Source of the DNA: Felis catus
Taxonomy: Eukaryota
Direction: 5' to 3'
Assembly: GCF_018350175.1 (NCBI RefSeq)
Contig: NC_058383.1
Location: 3,100,001-3,164,000, forward strand
DNA: 64,000 bases
Every line of letters begins with the position of its first letter. The first letter of the stretch is position 1. Shown here in pieces: positions 12,586 to 25,520 of the stretch. The position numbers and the translations under genes are program-made. Below the pieces are notes generated by a model. The model ran no database searches. It had not been told where the DNA came from and saw nothing but the letters and a program-made list of their open reading frames with translations.

Positions 12586-13184
12586 TTTGAGGACCTGGCA
12601 ACTAGCACAGCGCTTGGCCCTCCTGATGCTTCTTAGATGAGTGGATGAATATCTCCTGAATGAATGAGGACATGGCTCTTTGTACTTGGCTCATTGTGGG
12701 GAGATGGTGTGGGACCATGTACGTCAAATTAAGGTTCGGGAAACCAGGGTCCCAGTCTTAGCTCCATCACTCAGGAGCCCTGTGACCTTGGGCAAGTCCT
12801 TTAACTGTTCCCAACAAAGGTAATGTAGTTGGATCTCTGAGCTGGAGATGGTAAGTAGCAGCTAGCCTATCAAGCTCTTCGAGTTATTACAGGGAACATG
12901 TATTTGGTGGATAAAATCACAGACGTGAAAACACTTGCTAACCTGTCAGTGTAATGCCGTGCTACTCTTCTTAACATTTCCATCTCTGCTCATCATCCTC
13001 TCCATATACATAAACTCGGATTAGTATTGAAAGTCAACTATCACCTCATTTGGAGCTATGGATTTTTAGGTAGTTTTCATGATGAACTTTTGATCCTTGG
13101 TCAGGTGGCCGCTGGTAGTATAGAATATAAGGAGATCTGCCCCTTCAGCCGCCCCACTTTCCTTCTCCCCCCGGTTATAATGTC

Positions 13185-13330
13185 CTTGGGAAATTCAAGC
13201 CAGTCTTAATACTAGCTGCGTAATTAGGGAGGCATTACTGCCCGTACGTCTAATGGATAGTTCATTACACAGTCAAATTTAAGTGACTTTTATTAGCTTC
13301 TCTTTTGGATTATCATTGTCAGTGTTACTC
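13185..13330. promoter_or_regulatory. Candidate conserved non-coding element
   Basis: Dense TAAT/ATTA cores (gtaattag, ctaatgg, cattac, ttattag, ggatta) plus a TGTCA TALE motif in non-repeat sequence. Confidence 0.3.
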
Positions 13331-15179
13331 TCTCCCCAATACGGGTCACTTACTCATTCACTTGTCTGTTTATTTAACAAGTACCTAACTGCCCTGGCAT
13401 CATCCATGAAAGTTACTCCTGAAGCACCAAACTCCCTAAGAAGGAAATATGCTTTGGACTCTGGCCAAGGGGATACTGCTACAGTTAAGAAGTCAAGAAG
13501 ATTTGGTAACTTTGTTTCATTTCTGACCCAAACATGGGGCGTGGTCCCTATGGGCAGCTTCTGGTGATGCTCCAGGGTGCCTATCATCTTGTCTATCCAT
13601 GGGGAGTCAGTGGGCAGAGTGCAGTTCAGTTTATATGGCCACTTTGGGGGCTCTGTGCCATGGCAAGCCTCGTTTCATCTGGTCTTGTCCCAGAGTCCTT
13701 AGGCAGAAATCTTGGATACCAAAGTGAAGTTCTACCCCACAAAAGGGGAGGGAAAGGAACACTAGGAAGGAAGGGATGTGCTCAGAGCTTGGGGAAAGTC
13801 ACATGCTGTGTCCCCTTCTTGGGCCCGTGTGCACTTGAGGGCTAGGACTGGCAGGAGGCTGTGACGTGCAGAGACTGAGGCGGTGTGGGCATGGGGAGGG
13901 TCAAGAAAGGCAAACAGATAAGTGGGGGGCCAGCTCAGCTGGGCAGGGGGTGCTGTTGCCCTCGGCGACCTGTGTCCTCACGTAGGAAGAGAAGCATTTC
14001 CAGGGGGTGGAGGGTACAGTACAGCCTGCGGAGTCCTGGAGGTCACGCTTTTGAAGGCGATCGAGGAGCGTGGACTGTGAGTTGACGTCCCCACACAAAT
14101 GGAGAGTGTGTGATGAAAGCTTAGGCTTTGGGAAGCACAGGATTAAGTAAGATGGGCAGACTGTGGGAGCCAGCTGTATTCTTCAGTCATTTTCTGATTC
14201 TGGGCAGGCCTAACTTAATGACTGAGGGGCTCCGCTTTTTCATGTGGGACACGGGGTGAAGGCAGTTCCGGTGGATGTCTGGTGTGAAACACGTTGCCAG
14301 TGTGTTGGCTGGGGCTCTGATGAGCCATGGGAGGAGCTGGCCGTCCTCAGGATGAAGTTCCCAGTGGCAGGTCAGTGATGTGCGGCCAGCGCAGATGCTG
14401 TGGAGGGTCACGCGTTGCCTCGTCTTTCCGCAAGACTGCTCTAAATCTTCGTGGCATTCGAGCAAAGGAAGCCGAGGAAGCCTTATCACACCAATTTTGT
14501 GGATGACTGAATGGGGGAAGGAAGTGGTTATGTGATTTAAGGTCAACTACTGTGTTAGTGATTGAGCTGGGATTGAGTTCAGCACCTGAATGATGCCTTT
14601 CTGGTTAGTTTTGTGAGTGTTTATGACACAGTTGATCTTAGGTTGCCCATACGGGATTTGATACGGCAAAGGGGTGCTCTGCTGGGCATCGGCGCCCATG
14701 CTTCGGCCCCACAGTGCCACGTGCACCCGGTGCCCAGTGGCAAGTCCACAGCCTCTGTGAGGTTAACTTTTCTGTGTAAAATACAGATGATGATAAGGCA
14801 GCCTGCCCCCCTCACAGCACTTTTACACTTTTATTTTTGTTTGCAAAAATCAAATATGGTACCAGATAAAAGATACAGTGTGAGTTACGAAGTGTCCTAT
14901 CTGTGTAACGTGGACTCATTTTCTCATGAGGGTTTTTGTTCCTTGCTGTAATCAGAGCTGACCTAAGACTAGGTAGATCTAATTTGCGTCCAGGTGACAG
15001 TCCCTATTTCAAGGTCAAGGTCGTCTCTCATCCCTTCAGTCCATCAGCTGGTCAGCACTGTGCTGGACTCTGGGATAAAAAGATGAATAAAACAATCCTG
15101 GCTCTGAAGGGCTTGTAACCTAGTGAGAGGGTTGTAGCCGTTTCTTCGTAGTTCATCCTGCGTAGCCTCTTTGTTGTTT

Positions 15180-15394
15180 TTATTTTTTAACATTTTTTTT
15201 TTGATGTTTATTCATTTTTGAGAGAGACAGGGCACAAGCAGGGGCAGAAAGAGAGGGAGACACAGAATCTGAGGCAGGCTTCAGGTTCCAGGCTGTCAGC
15301 ACAGAGCCCAGTGCGAGGCTTGAACCTATAAACCATGAGATTGTGACCTGAGGTGAAGTCAGATGCTTGACCGACTGAGCCACCCAGGCACCCC
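15180..15394 (-). mobile_element. CanSINE
   Basis: Antisense SINE body ending ccacccaggcacccc, with a T-rich tail. Confidence 0.92.
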
Positions 15395-15464
15395 TGTTTT
15401 TTTTATATGATAGCTTTATTGAGCTGTAATTCACCGATCATAAATTCTTTTTAAAGAATACATC

Positions 15465-15659
15465 TTTTTTAAAGTTTATTTATTTATTTTGATAGATAGG
15501 GGAGGGGCACAGATAGAGAAAGAGAGAGAATCCCAAGCGGGATTCTCTGTGCTATGGCACAGAGCCCGACATGGGATTCAGTCTCAAGAGCTGGGAAATC
15601 ATGACCTGAACCCAAATCAAGAGTCAGACACTTAACTGACTGAGCCACTCAGGTACCCC
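15465..15659 (-). mobile_element. CanSINE inserted in an antisense L1 3' end (~15395-15880)
   Basis: SINE body with TSD ga(a/t)tacatcttttt; flanks match an L1 3'UTR (agctttattgagctgtaattcac). Confidence 0.88.
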
Positions 15660-16049
15660 TGAAGATTACATCTTTTTAAAGTGGTCTTAAGGATATTCAG
15701 AGCTTACAGTTGTCCCCACCGTGTGACAGAGCATTCCCACCACCCTGAAGAACCCCAGACCCATTTGTAGCCCCTGTCGCCACCCCCAGGCCCTGACAGT
15801 GGTCATCTACTTTTTATCCTCCTGCATTCGTCTGTTTGGGATATTTCATATCAAAGGAATAATACGCTGTGGCCCTTTGATACTTAGTGGTCTTTATTGA
15901 GTTGATTTCTCTCTCTCTCTCTCTTTTTTTTTTTTTTTTTTTTTTTACTGATCGTCATTAAATATCTCAATGGTTGTTTTGTTTTGTTTTTTGTTTTTGG
16001 TGGGGGGGACCTTTCCTGAGCTGAATTCTACCTGGGTAAAGAAAAGACG

Positions 16050-17210
16050 TCCTTCATTTCTTTACCAGACGCTTGTCCGACGTCTCCTTTGTGTTGGGCA
16101 CTCTGGCAGGCACTCGTATGATGTCACACAGGTCCCTGTTCTCATGGGATTCGCAGTCGTAAGGGGGAAGCAGACCAAGAAATGGGCACACGAACAAACA
16201 CATAAAAAGGATCTGGTGATGAGAAAAGCCCTGTCCCAGGATATAATATGTAGAACAAAATTTTAGGAAGGAGAAGCAGTAGTAATCTGAAGGAATGGGG
16301 CTGGGCATTCTGGGTACGGCAGTGACAAAGAAACCGAAGCAGGAAAGAACCTGCCTGGTGGGGTGGGTGGCCTGAAAGGAAGCTGGCAAGGCTGTGGCCC
16401 CGGGGAGGGGGGAGTAAGGGGTTAGGCCTACCTGAAGTCAGCAAGGCCCTGTCTGGTGCTTCTGGAGGTGGGTTGCGGGTTTATCCTAAGTGTGGTCGAA
16501 AGACAGGGAGGATGCCATGATCGGATTGGCTTGAAGGAAATCTGGCTGCTCTGTGAAGAATGGATCATAAGGGAGGGCAGAAGGAGAGCCAGAATCCTTA
16601 GGAGGCTCTTGCAAACATCCTGGCAGGAGGCGCTTACATAGCCTGAATTAAGATGGGAAAGAGGAAATGGGGACGAATTAAAGTAATAAGTTAAATTAGA
16701 ACCAGTAGTTATGGTATGAATAAATAATGGCAAAGTGGGGATACGTAAAAAGTAGAATCTACGGGACTTACCATGGAGTGCGTGTATAGTGGAGTCAGGC
16801 TCCTTGTTTCTGATTTGAGTCCTTGGGTTTATATGTCCTAGAATGGTGGCAACTGGGTAAGGATGGGTTGGGGGCACGTTTAGTTTCAGATGCTTGTGAA
16901 AAGTGTGGGTGGAGAGATCAACTGGACATTTGGGAGTCTAGAGCCTGGAGCTCCAGTGGGGAATCTGACTGGGGATATGAAACTGGGACCCATCCATATG
17001 CGGGTGGTGTACGTGTGGTATTGAAAACCGCAGGGGTAGACGAGCCTTTCTAGGGAGAGAGATTTTAGACAGAAGAGACGCAAGCTGAGAACGCCAACAT
17101 TTAGTGAAGGTTGGAGACATAAGGTGCCCACAAAAAGAGAGAGCCCACTAGAGGGGGAGGGGGCACCCAGGAGCACTCGATGTCATGGAGTCGCTAAGAA
17201 GAGAGCTTTT
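16050..17210 (-). mobile_element. Decayed L2 LINE
   Basis: Antisense L2 3' motifs (gtccctgttctcatggga; caactggacatttgggagtctagagc; ccaacatttagtg). Confidence 0.7.
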
Positions 17211-18519
17211 TACCTGGTTACAGCCCACATGTGGTCTTGAAGTCGAGCACCGACAAAGGACTAGGAAGAGGAGATCAGCAAAGTGCAGGAGGGGGAAGCA
17301 GAGAAGAAGATCTGGGGAAGCCCCTTTGTTCGATAGCTTTCAGCAGCCCTTTGGGAAACCCGTACACGATGGATTCAGCTGCACAGCCTGGTTGGGAAAA
17401 CGTCCGCTCTCGCTCTCTGCCACAGCCATAGGCTAGAAGGTCCTCCAGATAAAATGTGTTGCGGACAGATTAGAAGTTGGGATCCAAGAGCCATAACAGC
17501 ACTAGTTCATGCTTCACCCAGGATGATGTTTGTTCAGGTTTTTGTGCTCGGTGTTTATCACTGCTGATGGAATTGTACTGTTTTACCTTGGAAGGTTATA
17601 CATGGGGAGGCATCCTTAGAACTCATTTGTGAACCTTCCCTCTTGCGTCTAGATGTGCCCGTTCATTATTAGACAAGGTAAATCATCATATCCAGCTTCA
17701 GTCACACACGCAATGTGCGTCCTTCGCTTTTATAATCAGAGTCTAATAGTTTAACACACGCAGCAGCTCTGTGAATTACCTCTGCTGAGTAGTTTCGGGA
17801 GTTTAGAAATTACCCTCATGAAGCCCACCTTTGCTCACCGTCATGTTCACACATACCTTTTGTTCAGTGAGATCACTGCCAAACCATGACTGCCTACTCT
17901 GACGATGCAGATCACCAGTACCCGTGCTTTGCTGAGCTTGGCATTCTGTCTGAAACCTGTGTGGTGCCAGGTTCTTTGAATAACTAATTGACTGTATAAA
18001 AAATAATTTTATTACCCTTCTCTTATTCTCAAACTTGGTGTGAACAAAGAACTCATAATATGGCTTGAAACTGCTATCTGTGGGTTAATATTCTTGAATG
18101 ACATTTAGTTACAATTAAGAACGTGGTCCAGAGAAATGAATGTGAACCAGTACTTGTGTTAATGGAAGCTGGGGTGTGAGGACCCGGCAGGCTGCCGCTG
18201 GCGGATCTCTGGCCCTTGGTTGGGAGTATGATGTCTGTCTGGCTCTTTAGTGCCTGGCTTTTGTCTAACAAACTCTAAACGAATTTAAATAAATGGTAAA
18301 TGCCCTGGATAAAATTTAGTCTTTTTTTTTTTTGATCTAATGATGAAATAAGGAATTGTGGCAATCATAAAAATTTTGAAAAGCATCTAATGATTAAAAT
18401 ACAAAAATGATGTTTCTAAATACTGGAAAATGCCCTGGTCTTAGTATTTTCTATGATCTTCTGTTCTGCTTCGTATCTTTAAGAAGGATAATAGATACAA
18501 CTTGCAAAGAAGCAACATA

Positions 18520-18790
18520 AAATGGTGGCTAGGAGTAGGAACTCTGAAATCAGACGGCCTGAATTCCACCCTTGATTCCGCCATTTAATAGTTGTGTGAC
18601 CTTGGGCAAGGTGCTCAGCCTCTCTGTTACTTTAGTTTCCTCTTCTATGAAGCTGGAACCATATCAATATTTGGCTCATCGGATGGTGAGGCTCTCCTGT
18701 CTGTGGCACCTGCGAAATTAGAGGGCTTAGACCAGCACCTGGATCACAGAAGGACATCATGACTGTTAGGAGCTCTGGTTACTCTCATCA
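18520..18790 (+). mobile_element. MIR SINE
   Basis: MIR core tgtgtgaccttgggcaag...cctctctg...agtttcctc. Confidence 0.8.
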
Positions 18791-19064
18791 GTATTTTTAC
18801 TAATTTGAATGTTCCAAATGGAGGAAGAGTCAATGGTCTTATTATTCTTTTGGTGTTAGTTCTCTTGAAGTAAATCTTGCAGAGCAAAATTGCATTTTGT
18901 ATTTCTGATTGCTTTCATCTTATCTGGAGGCGTGAAAATGATTTCCTTAATCCTTTATGTGAACAGAAGTCCAAGTTCTCAGTAGCAGTAGGTAAGATGG
19001 AGGTGATGGGGCAGCGGGGAAACGGTCTTAGGGGGCGGGGTGTAACGAAGTCGTGCGGATTTTA

Positions 19065-19297
19065 TTTTATTTTATTTATTTTTTTTCCCAACGTTTTTAT
19101 TTATTTTTGGGACAGAGAGAGACAGAGCATGAACGGACGGAGGAGGGGCAGAGAGAGAGGGAGACACAGAATCGGAAACAGGCTCCAGGCTCTGAGCCAT
19201 CAGCCCAGAGCCTGACGCGGGGCTCGAACTCACGGACCATGAGATCGTGACCTGGCTGAAGTCGGACGCTTAACCGACTGCGCCACCCAGGCGCCCC
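19065..19297 (-). mobile_element. Young SINEC_Fc-type SINE
   Basis: Near-identical to 6172-6394; TSD tcgtgcggatttta. Confidence 0.95.
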
Positions 19298-19581
19298 ATT
19301 CGTGCGGATTTTAAAGATGCGATCAGAACCTGTCATGACGCCCTTCAGGGACACACCTTCTTTTGTTGAGGAAACAGGAGGCAGAGACGTTTCTGTCTTC
19401 AGACGGCTTAAATTTGGGGGGATCTTAGAAAAACCAAGGCTCATTTCACGCATATTATTTCTTCAAGTTCTCAACTAAATAAGATATTTAGGGAAGTTGA
19501 ATTTATGCCCGAGCCACATCTTGGTTCGGCTCTCCTTCTCCTGGTTCTGTTTGCTTACTTTCTGCGAAGTTGTCCTCTTAG

Positions 19582-19629
19582 AGCTTGGTGCTGGAATTGA
19601 GGGATTTGTACAGGAAAACATTGGATCAG
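19582..19629 (+). other. Candidate symmetric 48-nt exon (SLVLELRDLYRKTLDQ or ELGAGIEGFVQENIGS)
   Basis: Pyrimidine tract, TAG acceptor and strong CAG|GTGAGG donor; two frames are open; peptide not recognised. Confidence 0.2.
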
Positions 19630-21714
19630 GTGAGGAAATAGAGATACTGTATACATCAGGTGGCGAGCGAGCGAGCGTGTGTGACATGTAGGTGACAGCT
19701 CTGCCCAGGGCTGCCCCAGCTCAGCGCTCACATTCGCTGGCGTCCTTGTTCAGACACACACCGCTTGTCGTTCCCGGCTCCTGTGGGTGTAAGAGTTGCC
19801 ATTTCCCTGCTAGTTTTCCCTACTAGCGTCAAAGGTTCTGCGTCTGTAAGGAAGCCCAGAGAGAAGAGAAGTAAATCTGACATTAGCAGCTCTCCTGTAG
19901 AAGGTAAGCAGGGCAGGAATGTTTCACGGACAGAACCTCATTTGTTCTCACGGCATTTTGCTGACGAATAGATCACTGTCCCTGTAGGACAAACTTGATA
20001 GGCTGCATAGGATGCTGCGCGTTGCAGATTTGAGAAAAACTCACTGTGTGGCCTTCCCCGACCCCGGTGTCTCATCTCGGGCTCCCAGAGTGGCTGGTGA
20101 CTAGTCACGCCTTTTACACCCTTCTAGCGCATTTTCCACCTGAACCGCGCTCAAGCTTGTTGAAGCACACCCGTTGGCATGAGCTCAGGGAGGGTTTCCC
20201 ACAGGCTCACAGGGAGACATTCTTCCTTCTTCCTGGCGGAACGCTTGGCGAAAACACGCGTGCCTTGAAGGAGATGCAAAATACGAGGCAAGTCAGAGGG
20301 GTGACACCAGGGTGTGTCTCCGGGATACTCTTAGTCACAGCCACTGTTACCATCAGAGACGCCAGGCTGTCGATGGCCCTCACGGCTCAGGGCGGCTGCA
20401 GCTAAAATGCCGTCATGTTGTGAAAGGTAGGATGAGAAAATGTAGTGTTTGTCCTCTGTTCTCACGTGCCCACTTGATTGGGGTCGTTCAGAGCCCGTGC
20501 TCCTGGGCCGATAAATTTGGAAAACAGACGCCATAGGATTCAGCTTTTGGTATGCTTCTCTTCATTTCCAGGGAAACGTTTTCCCCTGGCTGTGGGAGCA
20601 GGTGTGGTCAGCATGAATTCTAACGACCTGACACCTTGCTTGTGGCTCCCAGACAGAGGAGGGCTGCCTCCGAGAAGTACAGAATGTCACTTGTGTGTCT
20701 TCGTATTGGAAAAATAGCAGTGGCTTTAAAGAACAGTCTAGCATTTCAGGGAGAGGCGATAGGAGCCATATTAAAAGCAGCAGGATTAGGACCTTTAGAA
20801 CTTCGAGGGAGTTCTTTGACTCAGAAATCCTGGAGTTTACATAAAAGTAGAGAAATGATGGCACAGGTGTCTACAAATGAGTGGACTTTGTGCTGTTGCT
20901 TTCCCCAAACCTATGAAATTGTCAGACAGGCCCCCATCTGTGAAGGAGGCTTCGGGTGTGAATTCCCTGTGCCTGCTCACGCATGCCCGCGTGCCGGAAC
21001 ACCGTCTCTGTGCACCCCGGAGGCCTCCGGTCTCCTCTCCACCTGGTCATGGGGCCTCAGCCCCCTTTCCACCGCCCCTCACAACTCCTAGCCTGACCCG
21101 TGGAAAGCTTCGAGCAAGTTCTGTGAGCTTTCTTTAACGTGAGGGAGAGCTCCTGTGCATGTATACAGCATTTACAGAAGTGAGTACCACTGCTTTTAGC
21201 CCCGCTGCACCACGTTGACTCGAGCTGCGCTGGAATTCTTTGAGGCAGGGGCTTCCTTTTTTTCACTCTGCGTGTCCTGCGCGTACATCACGACGACCAC
21301 GCATGTGTGTCCTTGGGAAGTATTTATGGGTTTAATTAGCGCATGAGTGAATGTGTGAAGGAAGGAGGCTTGGTGTTGTGCCTGATATCGTATGAGTTAG
21401 TCTTTTCTCCTTCCTCCCTCCCTCCCTCCCTCTCCCCTCCCTGTGGCAGGGGCATCAGGCTACAGCAGAAGGCGGCACGAAGTGGTGTGTGAGGTTGTTC
21501 TGGGGTGAGGAGCGGGACCGTGGAGAGGTGATCTTTGCGCCAACGCTGGCCCCGCAGCAGTCTGTGGTCTGTCGACCGCTCCCCTTGCCCCAGAGTGGGA
21601 GACAAAAATGATAAACGTTTTACTCACGTTTGAAACATTGAGCGTTGGTGCCTTGTGTTTCCTTCTTCTGTTAACAGACGTCAATTCATTTTTAGTGATG
21701 AAGATGGTTCCTCA

Positions 21715-21909
21715 GGGTGCCCGGGTGGCTCAGGTGGTTGAGCGTCTGACTCTTGATTTTGACTCAGGTTACGATCCCAGGGTTGTGGGATCGAGCCCCA
21801 CGTCGGGCTCCACACTGAGCGTGGATCCTGCTTGGGACCCTCCTTCTCTCCCTCCCTCCCTGCCCCTCTCCCCCACTCGTGCTCTCTTTCTCTTAGATAA
21901 AGATAAAAA
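21715..21909 (+). mobile_element. CanSINE
   Basis: gggtgcccgggtggctcaggtggttgagcgtctgactc head, CT region and tail. Confidence 0.9.
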
Positions 21910-22757
21910 GGTTTCTCAGGTGGTTTCATTAATGAAGGGGCCAGAAAACTCAGACCACTTTCTGCCACATTCCTTGGAGTCCTCTGGTACTTCGCCTTCT
22001 GGGTCCCAGTTAGTCAGAAAGTTCTCTCCCTCCATTGCCACCACCTCTGTTCGGGCCGTCAGCTTTTCTGCTTGGGCTCCTGCAAATGCCCACAACTGAT
22101 GTCCGGGTCCTCAGCTTTGTCCTGTGCACCGCAGGCCCTCGCCAGTCTAGCCTATGCCCCGGAGGCTAGACAGCTCTTCGGCTAGTCACCCGTAGCCCCC
22201 TTTCTCTAAAGGACTCTTGTGGTCTCCCCTTGCTTCTAGCTGAAGTCTGAGCCGCGGTCCTCCTGGTCTGGCCCCTGCCTGCCTCTGACCCTCTCATGTC
22301 CACCCCCCCCCCCACCGCCCTTACCATTAACAACACAGCCACACCAAACACTCTGCCACCCACCTGCTCCCCAGCACATGCTGCTTCCTGCCTAGAATGC
22401 CACTCTCCTCACTGGGTTTTACTTTCGGCTTCAGATGTCATCTTCCATATCCCTTTCTCTGAGAATATTTCTCAAGCCACTTCCTTCAGCCTGACTGCTC
22501 ACTGAGACCAGGTTCACAGTGATTTGTGTGGTCCAGCGTCACCCATACTTACCTCCGTCGTTGGTCCCGTCAGCTATATGATGGAATGGCCTTGCTTGTT
22601 GGTTTCTCTCTGTGTTGTGACCTTCTTAGATAGGAGCACCACATTTTAGTCCCCTGTGTGTCCCCAAGCCTTAAATGAGTTCCTGGTGTGGAGCAAGTAA
22701 TCGGTATTTATTTATGTCTAATATTAGATTTCTTTTCATACTGTGTGTCTGTTAAAG

Positions 22758-22817
22758 TACATTTGTGGAAATTAAGAAATCCAAGAGAGAGCACATGTTA
22801 ACAGTGTCACTGGAGAG
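22758..22817 (+). other. Candidate symmetric 60-nt exon (phase 2; TFVEIKKSKREHMLTVSLE)
   Basis: AAG acceptor after a T-rich tract and strong GAG|GTAAGC donor; one open frame; peptide not recognised. Confidence 0.17.
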
Positions 22818-23639
22818 GTAAGCTGACTTTTGCCTTTCCCGTCTGCGGTCTTGCGGGCTGGAAATGAGGGATAAATCTTATGTGTCCTCCTACCTGTATG
22901 TATCTGCTGAGTCACTAGCAAGGTTTGCTGGCGGGATCACATCATGCTCTTTTTGAACTTGGAATTGAAATGGGTTTTTAATTTACTCTTCTTTTTAAGG
23001 ACTTGTGCTTTGTTAGTTTGGGAAATTGTATGGTAGGGATTTGTTTTTCTGTTAAGTGCTCCTAGAAGAAAAATAAATGATACCAGAAATAAAAATCCCA
23101 GTGAATTATGACCTTTGCAGCATCTTGTGCATGTCTCTGTACCCTGCCCGGTTGTTCTGACCTCATTGTAGGTAAATTCGCATTTGGGAAATACATATCA
23201 TGAAGGTTATGCAGTTGTTCAGAGGTAATTTTATTATAAGTATGTGATTATCAAAAATGCATCTTTGGGACTCTGCAGCTTCTGTTTCTTCCATTATTAA
23301 AATGATAACGTTTATTTTTTTTTTTTTTACATGAGTGATTTATAGAACGACATTTTGGCCTAAAATCAGTTTTTAGAGCTAATTTTTGAAAAATTGGGGC
23401 TAAGTGGAAAACAGTAAGTAGCCGACCCACGAGGCCTGGCAGTTCTGGTGAGCACTGACTGCGTGACAGGATCGTGCCCTGCAGTAACTTGGGGGCCTCA
23501 CATGAGAAAATAACTCGCAGGTTGTACCGTTGTCACAACGAGAGCCGTAGCGCTCATTCTCGCTTTGTTTGGTTAAGACCTAGAGGCACATTGCATTGAG
23601 ATTTTAACAGCCAATACTTGTAAAGTGTCCCTTAACCGC

Positions 23640-23875
23640 TTTATTTATTTTAAGTTTACTTATTTGTTTATTTTGAGAGAGAGAGAGAGCACGCGTGCGA
23701 GTGAGCACCCACGGGGGAGGGGCAGAGAGAGAGAGAGGGAGACAGAGAATCTGAAGCAGCCTCTGCGGTGTCAGCGCGGAACCCCGTGTGGGGCTCAAAC
23801 CCGCAAACCATGAGATCCTGACCGGAGCCGGCATCAAGAATCAGGTGCTTAACCGACTGAGCCACCCAGGCACCC
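23640..23875 (-). mobile_element. CanSINE
   Basis: Antisense SINE with (GA)n tracts, ending gccacccaggcaccc. Confidence 0.92.
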
Positions 23876-24199
23876 TCCGTCCCTTCTTCATTTTATATAC
23901 GCTAATTTATTTTAGGAAGGCACTTCTGTGGAATTAAGATAAACACAATACAGCAATACTAAGAGAAAAAATTAAACCTGTCTTTTTCACTGTCGTAGCT
24001 CTTACCTTTGCTTCTCCTTCAACATTGCTGTGTCTCTGCAAGTATGAAATTGTTACCACCTTCAGCTCATTACATTGTAAACCGTCCTCTTCCAGCCGTA
24101 CTGTTGGTATCCCTGTTTCAACTATGCCACCAATGTTTTCCCAGTCACACGGGTTTTACACATGCTCCTTCCTTCTTCCCTTTACTACCCACATTACAT

Positions 24200-25520
24200 T
24201 CACTGTCAATCCTGTAGATTTTCCTACTGGGGGGTGCTTTAGTTATGAAATATGCATCGATGCAGGAAATGCATGAAACGTCAGCGTAGAGAGTGAAACG
24301 TGATTGTCGGGCACACACCCTCGTGACCACCTCTCACTCCCACATTGAACATGACCCGTCACCATCCCGTGGGCTCCTTTTCAAGCACCCTGCACTCTTC
24401 CAGAAGACTTGACCTTTGTGGTCATACTTTCTTGCTGTTCTTTAGAGTTTTGCCACTTAGTATCTTCGTTTTAAACAAGTGGAATCAAACAGAATATACT
24501 CTTTTGTGTCTTCTTAAATTCAACATTATGCTTCTGAGATTCATCTACCTTGTAGTTTGTAACTGTGATTTGTTTACATTCGTTGATGTATGGTTTTCTG
24601 TTGCTCAAATATGCCATAACTTATGGTTCTGTTAGTGATTCCCTTAATCGTGGTTGCATTTATGGTTACAGTGAATGACCTGCTATGGGATATTCCGCCA
24701 CATGCATCCTGATGCTGGGGCTATTGGGTCATTGGGTCTTCCTATCTTTACCTTCTCTAGATACTCCAAACAGTTTTCACATGGTCGAACAATTTACATG
24801 CCTACTATCATCACAGGAGTTAAAACCTCCAACTCTGTCAACAGGTGGAATGTCGGCTTTTAAATAGTTGCCAGTCAAGTGGGTGTGTAGTCACACTTCA
24901 CAATGGTTTTATTCTTCAAGTGCCTATTTATTTATTTTTGAGAGCAGAGAGAGAAGGAGAGACAGAATCTGAAGCACGCTCTAGGCTCAGAGCTATCAGC
25001 ACAGAGTCTGATGCGGGGCTGGAACCCACGAACTGTAAGATCATGAACTGAGCCGCCAGTCGGACACTTAACCAGCTAAGCCGCCCAAGCGCCCCACAAC
25101 GGTTTTAATTGTCATTTCCTGATTACTTAATGAGGTTAAGTATATTTTTATACGTCCATTTGTCACTTGCATTTCCTCTTTTGTGCAGTGTCTGTTTAAA
25201 TATTCAGATCTTTTGCCCACTTTCTGTATTAAGTTACCTTTTTCTCATTGGTTTCTCGTTCTTTATGGATATTGGGCATAAGTCCACATCTCTTTGGCTT
25301 GTCCTGTCACTCCTCTTGTGGTGTCTATTGATGAGAAGAGTTTACTTTTACTACAGTTGTGTTCATCAACCTTTTCCTGTATGGTAACTGTTTAAGATAC
25401 CTTTTCCTGTCCTGTGGCATGATGATATTCTCTTAAATTATTTTCTTAAAGCCTTATGATTTTGCCGTTCCCAGTCGAGTCCCTAATCCAAGGACCTACT
25501 GGTGTTTTTCAGCTATGGTG
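24200..25520 (-). mobile_element. Ancient L1 (L1ME-like) 3' fragment with CanSINE insertion at ~24925-25095
   Basis: cattatgcttctgagattcatc and ttttgcccacttttct motifs; SINE flanked by TSD cacaa(t/c)ggtttt. Confidence 0.7.

Noticed and set aside
19570..19605. VLLELGAGIEG as a SAM-methyltransferase motif I or ankyrin fragment
   Set aside because: Too short; no supporting motifs in neighbouring candidate exons.
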